The notes: generated by a model not told the origin, from the sequence alone. Numbered from the stretch's first letter, positions 45,244-59,272 are shown. The stretch is 64,000 nucleotides of DNA from Bugula neritina (GCA_964035545.1 OZ037765.1:34682080-34746079); one strand, 5' to 3'. Numbers and translations are program-made.

Positions 45244-47090
45244 CTGAAAGTATCAAAACATAAAATAGCAGACGGCATGTTAACATTCAGTGCAGCATCA
45301 TACAACATGACGAGGTAGACATAACATGACGAGGGAGACATAACATGTGAGTGTATAAAATAGGCAACAACAATTATAAGATCAAAAGGAAATCAAAAGT
45401 CTTTTTGCACACGGAGTGTTGATTCACTTGAATAGAGCTAGAAACTTTCTGCTAAAAAGATTAGATGTAAACAGTACCATGAGTGTCAGTTCCAGAATCA
45501 GTCTGATTCTTCTGATCTCCAGTGATAAAAGGATACCAAGTGTAGATAGAAATAACTAAACCCAAGTTAACAGCTAAGATTAAGCGGCGAAGGTCTTCTC
45601 TAGTTCGAAATCTCATATTTCAATCCCATGAAGACAAACTACAAAAAATAAAAATTATATCTAATTTAGTAATTAAATTACTAAATGCTGAACAGTCTTT
45701 AGTTTCGGTCCAAACGGTTGAGTATTCGGTTACACAGAAACAACTTCCACTCTACCAAGACGTGCATCAGATAGATCAAATAAACTCCATTGTTGACTGA
45801 ATATTACAATAAATCAGTATAATTTGACTGTGCTACAGCCTACAATATACATAATTGTGATTGTGGTTGAATTTTAAAATTAGAATTTAAATTTGAGTCA
45901 CTTTAAATTACTACCATTAGGCTGACATCTGATTTTTCTTACTCCTTCACCAAAACATTAAATTCAATACTAACTGGGTAACCCTAATAGTTTAAGTTAT
46001 AATTACTCTTACTTATATTATTAGTATTACTATTAGAATAAAAATAAGTATAACTACTGCACATTAGTAAACTATTAGTATAACTAATAGTTTACTAATA
46101 CAGTGATAATATAACTCATGTTATACTATAAGTATTAGCACCACAGTAACTGTAAGCATACCCTATCTTATGAGCTATGGCTATGAGTATCAGTATGACT
46201 ATGATACTCTAACTCATTATCACTATCACTATGACTCAAAGTCAACGAGTATGAGAGTATGACTATAGTGATAGTCATAGTCTATCAGATAGAGTCTACG
46301 ATACCCGTCTAACTTTATGAGTCAGAGTATGACTATGACTATCACCATCAGTATGAGTATCACTATCAGTACAGTAAGCATCAGCATGAGTATCATACTC
46401 ATGCTTATAGTTATAGTCATGACTCATGGGCTATAGCATACTCATACTGAACTCAGTATCAGTATGACTTAGACTATCACTATGACTATCACTATGAGTA
46501 TCACTATGAGTATCACTATGAGTATGAGTATGATTATCACTATCAGTATCAGTATGTCATAAGCATAAGATTAAGATAACAAGCTGAACTACTATTAGGA
46601 TTAGAGCTTGATCTTCACTATTTTGGCTTCTTATAAAAAAGCTAATGTATATTTTAGCTTAACGTGCTTAAGTAGATAAGCTCTACATTCACTGGGCCTG
46701 GCAATAACTCTCAATTTAACAATTTTGTGCGATGCTGGTGCTAGAGCTTTGAAAGCTGGTAAACTCGCCTTCGGAGAGTGGATTTTCAACTTGCGATTCA
46801 AGATAAAAATGCCACAGGAAAATTACCCACCTTTGCTCTGCTGAAGGTAGGTAATTTTCTGAAGTACGAACCTAAACTATGTTTTTGTGTTATAGCCTCG
46901 GAAATTCAAAAGAAGGCCCCGAAGAATATTATCGATGTTTAAATTCTTAACTTGCCTGTAAGAACAGTTACCAAATCAGAACTTGAAGGCTTTCTTATAG
47001 CAGCGAGTCAAGCTGAATGCAACATTTTGCTAACAGAAACTGAGATAATCAGATGATTTTATTTTAACTCACAGTAAAAGTCTGTAAGAA

Positions 47091-50000
47091 ATGAGTGGTA
47101 GGGAAAATGACACTGCACTGTGGTTACATAATAAATTGGGATCAACAGATGATTTATGGTCTGGTCGATCTATATGTTCTCAAATTACCAAAGAAAGGTT
47201 ACGAGATATCTTAGGGTGCTTCAGAAGTTTGCAACCTCATGTAAAAGTCAAGTTGTTGTTATCATTTATTCACGTAATAAAAAGAAACGTAGAGGAGGTG
47301 AGTAATTTCAGTGTTCAACAAGAAATTAGTGCATATGTTGTTTTGTGAATATGAATTAAGCTAGTAAATGAGTAAATCAAAATGTATTTTGCTAAAAAAA
47401 GCGTAACTCGGCTTCCATAACTATAAGTTAGTTAATAAGTATAAGTATAACTAGTACTACTACTAGTTGCAGTACACTTCAGATTATTATTAAATTTGAG
47501 TTTAACTTTCAAATTTAGTGACTCTGATTGTGCTGTCATACTCATTGTGATTGTAATTGAGTTATTGAATGAATAAGGAAGGCTGGAAGAATGACCTGAC
47601 TGGGAGTAGAAATAATAATATAACCTGAACTAAATGCTAAGAGAATATTACTATATGTAATGAAAAGTAAATTTTTCAGTAGTTGTGTTTAAACTTGTTA
47701 TTATTAATTTTCTGAAAAACAATGTAATTGTTTCAGTCTTGTAATCCGAAATATTATTGATATTTTCAACTGCACAGTGGAAAGGAGATTTAGCCGAAAT
47801 CATAGAGCTGGCAGTATCAGATAGAGATCAATGGGTTTCTACTGTTGGAGAGATCATGAAAACTTTTCCAGGCACCTTCCTTGTCAATACAACAGATTTA
47901 TCTGGCAGTCCAACATTCCATTCTATGCACACTGAACTTAAAAAAGCAGGTTAGTTTTTGCAATGTAAAAAAATGGTTATTTAGACAAGATAAAATTGTG
48001 ATATTTTTAAATTATGTAAACAGCTAATGGTTTTTCTGTTTATGATACATAAATTTATATTTGTTTACGTTGATGTTCTTTGAATAATGAACTGAATGAT
48101 TCATTAAAACACATTTATATAACTTGATTTGTTTTTGCAACTAAAAAAAGTTGAAACATTTTTTGTACAATTTCTATCAAGTGGAGTTTAAACTTAAAGA
48201 TGGATTTTTTTTAAAGCATGTTTAGAAAGTATTTTTGGTGTCACTATATATTCAAGAGAGGGAATTCTGTGATTGGTTATTAGTTTGTCACTTATAGAGT
48301 TGCTCCAGTTTTCTTGATTGAATTTCCACATCTTTTAGTGGAAGCATCAACTTTTCACAGACTAAGGAGAGGCCAGGCTACTATGTTATTTGCTGCAAAA
48401 GGTGCACTGATGGAGTTGAAAACGTTTTTAAACTGTTTTATTGTATAGAAGCTACCAAACTGGTTTGGATTTATAGCCAGAGTTTTATACAGAAATGTAT
48501 ATTGTAGTGCGGCGCGCTGGAGAGTCTTCCACTCTACCCCTAGAGTGTGTGTGTTTAGGAAACATAGCCTTGTCTACAACAATCCCTCACCCGCCCCAAA
48601 CAGTTGATCATTTTAATCTCAAGTCAGAACCCAAGTCTTCAGCCCTCAGGGCTGAGATCCTCTCGAAATGTAAGTTTAGTAACTACTAGTTACTGGTTAC
48701 TGGTTACTAGTTACTAGTGAATAGTTACAAGGAGCTAGGACCTAGTTACAAGGGACTAGTTACTAGTAACTAGTTACTAGTAACTAGTTACTAGTAACTA
48801 GTTACTACACTAAACATAAACTTTCTCATTATTGTATGATTTAGAGGTTGTCAGCCGGCAGGTTCAAATCTTGAGAGGTTAAACCACAATATTGAATATT
48901 GAATATTGATATAATAACATGCTGATAATCTGTCACTCTTTAGCTCATGAACTTCAATCAAACACTAAAAGAAAAGGGCTGCATGTTGGCTCTGTGCCAA
49001 TGAAAATCAGACGCACAGCTAAAAGAATGGATGAAGAAATTAGTTCAGGTGATTTTCTGGTTTCCTCTGTGTGAGTCAGAGAGTTCCCCTCTGTATGAGT
49101 CAGAGAGTTCCCCTCTGTGTGAGTCAGTGAGTTCCCCTCTGTATGAGTCAGAGAGTTTCCCTCTGTGTGAGTCAGTGAGTTCTCCTCTGTGTGAGTCAGT
49201 GAGTTCCCCTCTGTATGAGTCAGTGAGTTCCCCTCTGTATGAGTCAGAGAGTTCCCCTCTGTGTGAGTCAGTGAGTTCTCCTCTGTGTGAGTCAGTGAGT
49301 TCCCCTCTGTATGAGTCAGTGAGTTCCCCTCTGTATGAGTCAGAGAGTTCCCCTCTGTGTGAGTCAGTGAGTTCCCCTCTGTATGAGTCAGTGAGTTCCC
49401 CTCTGTATGAGTCAGTGAGTTCCCCTCTGTGTGAGTCAGAGAGTTCCCCTCTGTATGAGTCAGAGAGTTCCCCTCTGTATGAGTCAGAGAGTTCCCCTTT
49501 AGAACTCTCGTGTCTTTGAATAGCCAATAGCTTAATTCTCTACTCTATCGGAGAAATACATTATATTATTGTAGTATATTGTATTATATTATTGTATTAT
49601 ATTATTTTATTGTATTATATTATTGTATTATATTACATTATTGTATTATATTATTGTATTATATTATATTATTGTATTGTATCATTGTATTGTATTATAT
49701 TATTGTATTATATTATATTATTGTATTGTATCATTGTATTGTATTATATTATTGTATTATATTATTATATTATATTATATTATTGTATTATATTATTATA
49801 TTATATTATATTATTGTATTATATTATTGTATTATATTTAGTGAAAAGCATGAACTCCATACAGAGAAATGGAACAGGAAGTAGCAACACCGGGTTTCTC
49901 AAAGCGAATACTCTCTCATCCTTCAGCTCCGGTCATCACAGGACTTCCTCATTGGCCATGAGAAAAGAGGGCGGAGCTAAGGTGTGTTCATGTTATATAT

Positions 50001-53000
50001 TGTTTTATATACTATCTTATATACTAATGTGCTGTAATATATATTGTATACTATACTATATTATATACTAATATGCTGTAATATATATTGTATACTATAC
50101 TATCTTATATACTAATATGCTGTAATATATATTGTATACTATACTATATTATATACTAATATGCTGTAATATATATTGTATACTATACTATATTATATAC
50201 TAATATGCTGTAATATATATTGTATACTATACTATATTATATACTAATATGCTGTAATATATATTGTATACTATGCTATATTATATACTAATGTGCTGTA
50301 ATATATATTGTATACTATACTATATTATATACTAATATGCTGTAATATATATTGTATACTATACTATATTATATACTGATATGCTGTAATATATATTGTA
50401 TACTATACTATATTATATACTGATATGCTGTAATATATATTGTATACTATATTATATTATATACTGATATGCTGTAATATATATTGTATACTATACTATA
50501 TTATATACTAATATGCTGTAATATATATTGTATACTATACTATATTATATACTAATATGCTGTAATATATATTGTATACTATACTATATTATATACTAAT
50601 ATGCTGTAATATATATTGTATACTATACTATATTATATACTAATATGCTGTAATATATATTGTATACTATACTATATTATATACTGATATGCTGTAATAT
50701 ATATTGTATACTATACTATATTATATACTGATATGCTGTAATATATATTGTATACTATACTATATTATATACTAATATGCTGTAATATATATTGTATACT
50801 ATACTATATTATATACTGATATGCTGTAATATATATTGTATACTATACTATATTATATACTAATATGCTGTAATATATATTGTATACTATACTATATTAT
50901 ATACTGATATGCTGTAATATATATTGTATACTATACTATATTATATACTGATATGCTGTAATATATATTGTATACTATACTATATTATATACTAATATGC
51001 TGTAATATATATTGTATACTATACTATATTATATACTAATATGCTGTAATATATATTGTATACTATACTATATTATATACTAATATGCTGTAATATATAT
51101 TGTATACTATACTATATTATATACTAATATGCTGTAATATATATTGTATACTCTACTATATTATATACTGATATGCTGTAATATATATTGTATACTATAC
51201 TATATTATATACTAATATGCTGTAATATATATTGTATACTCTACTATATTATATACTGATATGCTGTAATATATATTGTATACTATACTATATTATATAC
51301 TGATATGCTGTAATATATATTACTATACTATATTATATACTAATATGCTGTAATATATATTACTATACTATATTATATACTAATATGCTGTAATATATAT
51401 TACTATACTATATTATATACTAATATGCTGTAATATATATTACTATATAACACTATGTTAGATGCTGGATATCTCAGAAATGCCTCCAACCAGTAAAGAA
51501 GCCAAACGAAAGAAGAAACAGGAAGGTAAGTGCATTACTTAGAGTAAGTATCAGATAGTAAGTATATTGCTTAGAGTAAGTATCATATAGTAAGTATATT
51601 ACTTAGAGTATCAGATAGTAAGTATATTACTTAGAGTAAGTATCATATAGTAAGTATATTACTTAGAGTAAGTATCAGATAGTAAGTATATTACTTAGAG
51701 TAAGTATCAGATAGTAAGTATATTACTTAGAGTAAGTATCAGATAGTAAGTATATTACTTAGAGTAAGTATCAGATAGTAAGTATATCACTTAGAGTAAG
51801 TATTAGATAGTAAGTATATTACTTAGAGTAAGTATCAGATAGTAAGTGCATCACTTAGAGTAAGTATCAGATAGTAAGTATATTACTTAGAGTAAGTATC
51901 AGATAGTAAGTATATCACTTAGAGTAAGTATTATATAGTAAGTGTATTACTTAGAGTAAGTATCAGATAGTAAGTATATCACTTAGAGTAAGTATCAGAT
52001 AGTAAGTATATTACTTAGAGTAAGTATCAGATAGTAAGTATATTACTTAGAGTAAGTATCAGATAGTAAGTTCATATTCCGATGTGTAGAGCAAGAAGCT
52101 GCGGCTCAAATCAAGAAGGAAAAGGAGGAAGCAGCTGCCGCGGAGAAGGCTGCTGCCGCTGCTAAGGTCACTCCAGACTATGCTGCCGGGCTGGGCACCA
52201 ACTCCACTACCATCAAGGTATTCTACTGAATGTCATAATGTTATATCTATATATTATCTTATATACTATCTTATATACTATGTTGTATATTATATTATAT
52301 ATTATCTTGTATACTATGTTATTTATTATGTTATATATTATGTTTATATATTATGTTATATAATTATGTTATATAATTATGTTTATATATTTTATTATAT
52401 ATTATGTCATATATTATACTATATATTATGTTATATATTACTTGAATAGTCCGCAATGCCCCGAGGTCCGAGACCCAAAGCAGCTGCAGTTACCACGACC
52501 CCATCTTACTTGCCGAATATTTCTCCCCGACCCGTTGTGTCTGGTGAGTGGAACTCAGTCTAATATTCATGTTTAACTCAAGTAACAGCTGTATGCATTG
52601 CATTAAATAGTAGCTGACAACGTAAGCTATTTCTTACACCATTATTATTCTACTCTGCATTCAGCCAAAACCTGTGCTTTACTAAATTGTTTACATTATA
52701 TAACCAATCAGCTAGTGAGTTTGGTCAGCCATATTGCTACCATCGCTATGGTTACAACACGATGCCATACTTCCACCATCTCCAACATCCAGGTCACAAT
52801 TACTGAAAACTTTTATCTTCTTACTTGTTCCAGTTTATGTTCCAGTTTTTTGTTCAGTTTTGTTGAGTTCATATTCATTATGCTAGTTTACATGTTATGT
52901 TTGCTGTTAACTTGAGAGGCTGTAATAAGTAATGAAGTGCTTGGCTGACCAAGTTTGGTAGATTTTTAGACTTTGAAATGTTAGAAACACATCAACTAAA

Positions 53001-56000
53001 GCAAAATAAATATTTCATATTTATTGATTATTCATGTAATGTGTCTATGTGTAATTTGGTGGGGTTACGTTGTGTATGTTAGTGCCCTGCTGTTACCAGC
53101 TACATGTATTGTAATGTTATATTATGTTTTGTTTAGTGCCGTACGCAAGAGAGTTGTCTGCCCCACCATCATCCTCTGCTCTCCAGTCTCACACTCAGAG
53201 ACCTGTACTCCACACGACACCTGTCATCCCATCTACTCAGAGTGTCAGAGTGAGAGCACCTGTTGCCGGCTATCAACTTGGAGGTGTCGCCAACTTCCAG
53301 CCCAGACCTGCCGCTAACTTCCAGACGAGGCCGGCCATGCCAGCACCGCAGGCTATTATACGTCCTGCTGCAGCTCCTCAGCCAACCGGCCAATCAGCTT
53401 CAGCAGCAGTTACACCCTCGCAGACAGCGGCTGCAGCAGCTGCAGCTGCCAAAAAGCCTCTGTCGCTTACGGTTAGTTTGATGGAGTTGCAGGTTGCTGC
53501 AGTGACTCACAGATATAGAAATAAGCAGCAGAAAGTTTGGGTAAATTTGTGGTGTTTCAGCATAGCCATTAATTTTAAAATATATTTATCTTGGCTAATG
53601 TTTTGTGTTACAGAAAGATCAAATGATGGAAGCACAAGAAATGTTTAAGAATTCAAATAAAGTCACAAGACCCGAGAAGGCGTTGATACTGGGCTTTATG
53701 GCCGGATCTCGAGGTATCTACTCATTCTTCTCAGTTACTCACTCTTCTCAGTCACTCACTTTTCTCAGTCACTCACTCTTCTCAGTTACTCACTTTCAGT
53801 TACTCACTCCCCTCAGCTACTCGCTCACACTACCCCCCAGTTGCTCTCACCCTTGGCCTTGCATGTCACCAGTTATGTTTCTCTGCAGATAGAGAATAAA
53901 TTTTCCCCCTAACCTTCCTCTCATCCATACTGAGTGAGATTTGAAAAGCTGTGCCTTGTTATACATTACTTGTGCTCTCTGCATGTCCACTTGTGCTCTC
54001 TGCATGTCCACTTGTGCTCTCTGCATGTCCACTTGTGCTCTCTGCATGTCCACTTGTGCTCTCTGCATGTCCACTTGTGCTCTCTGCATGTCCACTTGTG
54101 CTCTCTGCATGTCCACTTGTGCTCTCTGCATGTCCACTTGTGCTCTCTGCATGTCCACTTGTGCTCTCTGCATGTCCACTTGTGCTCTCTGCATGTCCAC
54201 TTGTGCTCTCTGCATGTCCACTTGTGCTCTCTGCATGTCCACTTGTGCTCTCTGCATGTCCACTTGTGCTCTCTGCATGTCCACTTGTGCTCTCTGCATG
54301 TCCACTTGTGCTCTCTGCATGTCCACTTGTGCTCTCTGCATGTCCACTTGTGCTCTCTGCATGTCCACTTGTGCTCTCTGCATGTCCACTTGTGCTCTCT
54401 GCATGTCCACTTGTGCTCTCTGCATGTCCACTTGTGCTCTCTGCATGTCCACTTGTGCTCTCTGCATGTCCACTTGTGCTCTCTGCATGTCCACTTGTGC
54501 TCTCTGCATGTCCACTTGTGCTCTCTGCATGTCCACTTGTGCTCTCTGCATGTCCACTTGTGCTCTCTGCATGTCCACTTGTGCTCTCTGCATGTCCACT
54601 TGTGCTCTCTGCATGTCCACTTGTGCTCTCTGCATGTCCACTTGTGCTCTCTGCATGTCCACTTGTGCTCTCTGCATGTCCACTTGTGCTCTCTGCATGT
54701 CCACTTGTGCTCTCTGCATGTCCACTTGTGCTCTCTGCATGTCCACTTGTGCTCTCTGCATGTCCACTTGTGCTCTCTGCATGTCCACTTGTGCTCTCTG
54801 CATGTCCACTTGTGCTCTCTGCATGTCCACTTGTGCTCTCTGCATGTCCACTTGTGCTCTCTGCATGTCCACTTGTGCTCTCTGCATGTCCACTTGTGCT
54901 CTCTGCATGTCCACTTGTGCTCTCTGCATGTCCACTTGTGCTCTCTGCATGTCCACTTGTGCTCTCTGCATGTCCACTTGTGCTCTCTGCATGTCCACTT
55001 GTGCTCTCTGCATGTCCACTTGTGCTCTCTGCATGTCCACTTGTGCTCTCTGCATGTCCACTTGTGCTCTCTGCATGTCCACTTGTGCTCTCTGCATGTC
55101 CACTTGTGCTCTCTGCATGTCCACTTGTGCTCTCTGCATGTCCACTTGTGCTCTCTGCATGTCCACTTGTGCTCTCTGCATGTCCACTTGTGCTCTCTGC
55201 ATGTCCACTTGTGCTCTCTGCATGTCCACTTGTGCTCTCTGCATGTCCACTTGTGCTCTCTGCATGTCCACTTGTGCTCTCTGCATGTCCACTTGTGCTC
55301 TCTGCATGTCCACTTGTGCTCTCTGCATGTCCACTTGTGCTCTCTGCATGTCCACTTGTGCTCTCTGCATGTCCACTTGTGCTCTCTGCATGTCCACTTG
55401 TGCTCTCTGCATGTCCACTTGTGCTCTCTGCATGTCCACTTGTGCTCTCTGCATGTCCACTTGTGCTCTCTGCATGTCCACTTGTGCTCTCTGCATGTCC
55501 ACTTGTGCTCTCTGCATGTCCACTTGTGCTCTCTGCATGTCCACTTGTGCTCTCTGCATGTCCACTTGTGCTCTCTGCATGTCCACTTGTGCTCTCTGCA
55601 TGTCCACTTGTGCTCTCTGCATGTCCACTTGTGCTCTCTGCATGTCCACTTGTGCTCTCTGCATGTCCACTTGTGCTCTCTGCATGTCCACTTGTGCTCT
55701 CTGCATGTCCACTTGTGCTCTCTGCATGTCCACTTGTGCTCTCTGCATGTCCACTTGTGCTCTCTGCATGTCCACTTGTGCTCTCTGCATGTCCACTTGT
55801 GCTCTCTGCATGTCCACTTGTGCTCTCTGCATGTCCACTTGTGCTCTCTGCATGTCCACTTGTGCTCTCTGCATGTCCACTTGTGCTCTCTGCATGTCCA
55901 CTTGTGCTCTCTGCATGTCCACTTGTGCTCTCTGCATGTCCACTTGTGCTCTCTGCATGTCCACTTGTGCTCTCTGCATGTCCACTTGTGCTCTCTGCAT

Positions 56001-56485
56001 GTCCACTTGTGCTCTCTGCATGTCCACTTGTGCTCTCTGCATGTCCACTTGTGCTCTCTGCATGTCCACTTGTGCTCTCTGCATGTCCACTTGTGCTCTC
56101 TGCATGTCCACTTGTGCTCTCTGCATGTCCACTTGTGCTCTCTGCATGTCCACTTGTGCTCTCTGCATGTCCACTTGCACTGCTCACCCTATCTTGTGTT
56201 CAGAATTATATTAAAGGAACACGAATCTCAAATATTTCGGGATTATTACGGTTTTTGTCAGTTAGTTTTACTTTTTAAACTTCCTGTGTTACAGAAAACC
56301 CGTGCCCCCAGCAAGGTCACATTGTTAATATACGACTAAGTGAAAAAGTGGAACCAGTGCGGTTGCAAGATAATTCCATAAGGGAGGTGCTCAGTGAGAC
56401 GTTCTTCCAGATGAACTACGAAACTGGTGAATGGCGACGAATAAAGAAGTTCAAGGAGCCGCCACAGACTGTGACCCAGTCATGA
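47091..56485 (+). CDS. NELFA: Negative elongation factor A
   Basis: Eleven exons: 47091-47297, 47778-47949, 48508-48669, 48944-49048, 49842-49981, 51462-51525, 52090-52217, 52450-52543, 53137-53471, 53614-53713, 56295-56485. Motifs DTALWLHNKLGSTDDLW, TPDYAAGL, NKVTRPEKALILGFMAGSRENPCP and FQMNYETGEW. Confidence 0.95.
49063..49497. repeat. 24-bp minisatellite x about 18 in NELFA intron 4
   Basis: Unit GAGTTCCCCTCTGTRTGAGTCAGW. Confidence 0.95.
50000..51450. repeat. 44-bp AT-rich minisatellite, about 32 copies, filling NELFA intron 5
   Basis: Unit ATATGCTGTAATATATATTGTATACTATACTATATTATATACTR. Confidence 0.95.
51526..52071. repeat. 32-bp minisatellite, about 17 copies, starting at the NELFA exon 6 donor
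   Basis: Unit GTAAGTATCAGATAGTAAGTATATTACTTAGA, with two GTAAGT per unit. Confidence 0.95.
53968..56177. repeat. Homogeneous 21-bp satellite (CTTGTGCTCTCTGCATGTCCA), about 105 copies, in NELFA intron 10
   Basis: No variant unit was seen. The array explains all five 740-800 aa ORFs. Confidence 0.98.
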
Positions 56486-57001
56486 AATGTTCTCATAGTG
56501 TATTATATTGTTTATTGTACATTGGAAAGCATGTAAATTTATTTTTATTCTCATTGTATATAAGTTATATAGTGATCACAGATTCCAAGGTATATGAATA
56601 GTGTAGGCTATTGTATTGTATTCAACACATATTTTTCTATCTACATAACATTGTAATATTATTAAACTAACCATACAAAAATTATCTAATATATTATTGT
56701 AATATTATTTATACACACAAATAATTCCCAAGAGTTGAATGTGAGATACTGATAGTCTACGACATGAGCGTGGAAAATGGACGGGCTAAACTCAGTAGTA
56801 ACTGATTAATCAATATGATTTAAAAAATAACACAGGAAAAAACCAATAAATAAAAATAATTTCAAGATTCTCACTAAGCAGTGGTATAAACTAAAACTTG
56901 AACAGGGCACTAAACCAATTGGACTCTCTTCATATAAAGATGAATCCACATAACCTAATATCCTTGATAGACATTTACTAGTTGAGAGTGAGTTGTTAGC
57001 C

Positions 57002-58699
57002 TTAGTACCTCAGTCTCTCCAGTGACGCCACATATATCCATATACTGTACACGGAGTTGGGGTAAGGGTGTACGTGCACTGCCAGGGCAAACTCTACACC
57101 AGGAGTATCATTCTCCCACACACCAGTAGCGTAGACCGTGTTGGCGATGGACTCGTTGTCCGTGTAGGGCATGTTGAGTGTGAATCCAGACAGCTGCAAA
57201 ATAGTAGGTATACAGTGATCAGTATAACTAACCTAGTAGTAGTATAACTAACCTAGAAGTAATATTACTAACCTAGTGGTAGTATAACTAGCTTAGTAGT
57301 AGTAAAACTAACCTAGTAGTAGTAGTATAACTAACCTAGTAGTAGTATAAGTAACCTAGTAGTAGTATAACTAACCTAGTAGTAGTATAACTAACCTAGT
57401 AGTAACATTACTAACCTTGTAATTACTAGCAACATTTTCCAATTCTCTGCTGTGCAGATTGTTGGCTTCTTTACCTTTATTCGACTCCAACCTAACAAAC
57501 AGAGACTGGATATAGCAACACATCTGTATTCTGTAGAAATACTTGTCTGTTCACAACTTTTGTAGTTCTCTTGCAGTTAATTTAATCAACTCACACTTGC
57601 TAACAGACTGGTTGGCCCAACGAATGGTTTTATAAATTATTGAATACACGGGACTCATAGATTCGAACCAACATTCTAATAATATATCCCAATTCTAACA
57701 ACACTGAGTTAGTTGTCTGATAGAGAGAGTGGATCCAGACCTGCCCCTAAAGGGGAGGGGGAATTACACGTACCCGGTGAGCAGATGTCTGAACGTCTGC
57801 ATGTTGTTCCTGTTCCACCGAGTCACGTCACGCGGCCGCCACGACTTCTCAAACTTATCTTTCAAATACTGTTCGATACGCTCTTGCAGGTCTCGCACCG
57901 ACTCTCTGTCTGTCTCAAAGTATAGCAGATTCTCGGGCTACAAAGGTACAGAGAAAGGAGGTCACATTGGTGGAAAAAAGACTACCAAACTAACAAACTA
58001 TATTATATAATACACTATACACTGTCACACCTGCACTGTAGGAAGACCAGGGTTGGGGAAAGAGGAAGTGAAGAAAGGTTTCCAAGCCTTTGCGTTGTTT
58101 GTGTCAAACGTCATGCGACTAGGCTGGTTGAACTTCTGTATGTTTCCCCAAATCTAGATAAATACATACATTATACTTTGTATATACAGAGTAAGGTGTA
58201 ATCTACAGAAATACAGAGTAAGGTGTAATCTACAGATATACAGAGTAAGGTGTAATCTATAGATATACAGAGTAAGGTGTAACCTACAGATATACAGAGT
58301 AAGGTGTAATATAAACTTACATTTTTGTCGTTAATCAAACAACCGATACTTTTCAGAGGGGAGAAAATATCAGTAGACTTATACTTCTCGCCTTTCATTG
58401 CATTCCAGATCCACACATCTTTACCGTCCTTTACCAGGGTGTATGCAGTGATGCCTTCTGGGATGGCAGTGCCTGCAGATAACATCACATGAGTTGTTCT
58501 GCAGTAGTGAGGTATTTCATACAACGTGGGAAACATAATGGTGTAGGTAGGGCGGCCGTGACCACGTCCCGCAAAGTGGCCAGAGAAGTGTTAGATCCTC
58601 ACCTACACACAGATACGCATCTTGCTGGAGGAACAGGAAGTAGTTTGTGAGGAGTACGGCGTGTTCTTCCTCGTCTCCCGTCAACATCTGCAGGAATTG
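57002..58699 (-). CDS. CC2D2A: CC2D2A/MKS6 ciliary transition-zone protein, last six exons; the rest lies right of the window
   Basis: Exons 58699-58603 ([21 protein letters not shown]), 58472-58321 ([11 protein letters not shown]), 58153-58031 (IWGNIQ..WKPFF), 57937-57774 (TRWNR), 57491-57416 and 57193-57002 ([10 protein letters not shown]...[25 protein letters not shown]). Confidence 0.93.
57215..57415. repeat. About 20-bp repeat starting at the donor of the last CC2D2A intron
   Basis: Transcribed strand (GTTAGTTATACTACTACTAG)n. Confidence 0.85.
58180..58310. repeat. 27-bp repeat of acceptor-like units in a CC2D2A intron
   Basis: Transcribed strand (ATTACACCTTACTCTGTATATCTGTAG)n. Confidence 0.85.
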
Positions 58700-58707
58700 C
58701 TACAACC

Positions 58708-59272
58708 AGAGAACACAGTCTACACAGTATATTAATATATAACAGAGAACACAGGCTACACAGTATATTAATATATAACAGAGAACACAGTCTACACAGT
58801 ATACTAATATATAACAGAGAACACAGTCTACACAGTATATTAATAGATAACAGAGAACACAGTCTACACAGTATATTAATATATAACAGAGAACACAGTC
58901 TACACAGTATATTAATATATAACAGAGAACACAGTCTACAGAGTATATTAATATATAACAGAGAACACAGTCTACACAGTATATTAATATATAACAGAGA
59001 ACACAGTCTACACAGTATATTAATATATAACAGAGAACACAGTCTACAGAGTATATTAATATATAACAGAGAACACAGTCTACACAGTATATTAATATAT
59101 AACAGAGAACACAGTCTACACAGTATATTAATATATAACAGAGAACACAGTCTACACAGTATATTAATATATAACAGAGAACACAGTCTACAGAGTATAT
59201 TAATATATAACAGAGAACACAGTCTACAGAGTATATTAATATATAACAGAGAACACAGTCTACACAGTATAT
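58708..59272. repeat. 36-bp minisatellite, about 15.5 copies, next to a CC2D2A acceptor
   Basis: Unit CAGAGAACACAGTCTACACAGTATATTAATATATAA. Confidence 0.95.

Noticed and set aside
53847-56339. Five ORFs of 740-800 aa
   Set aside because: They are translations of a stop-free 21-bp satellite inside NELFA intron 10.
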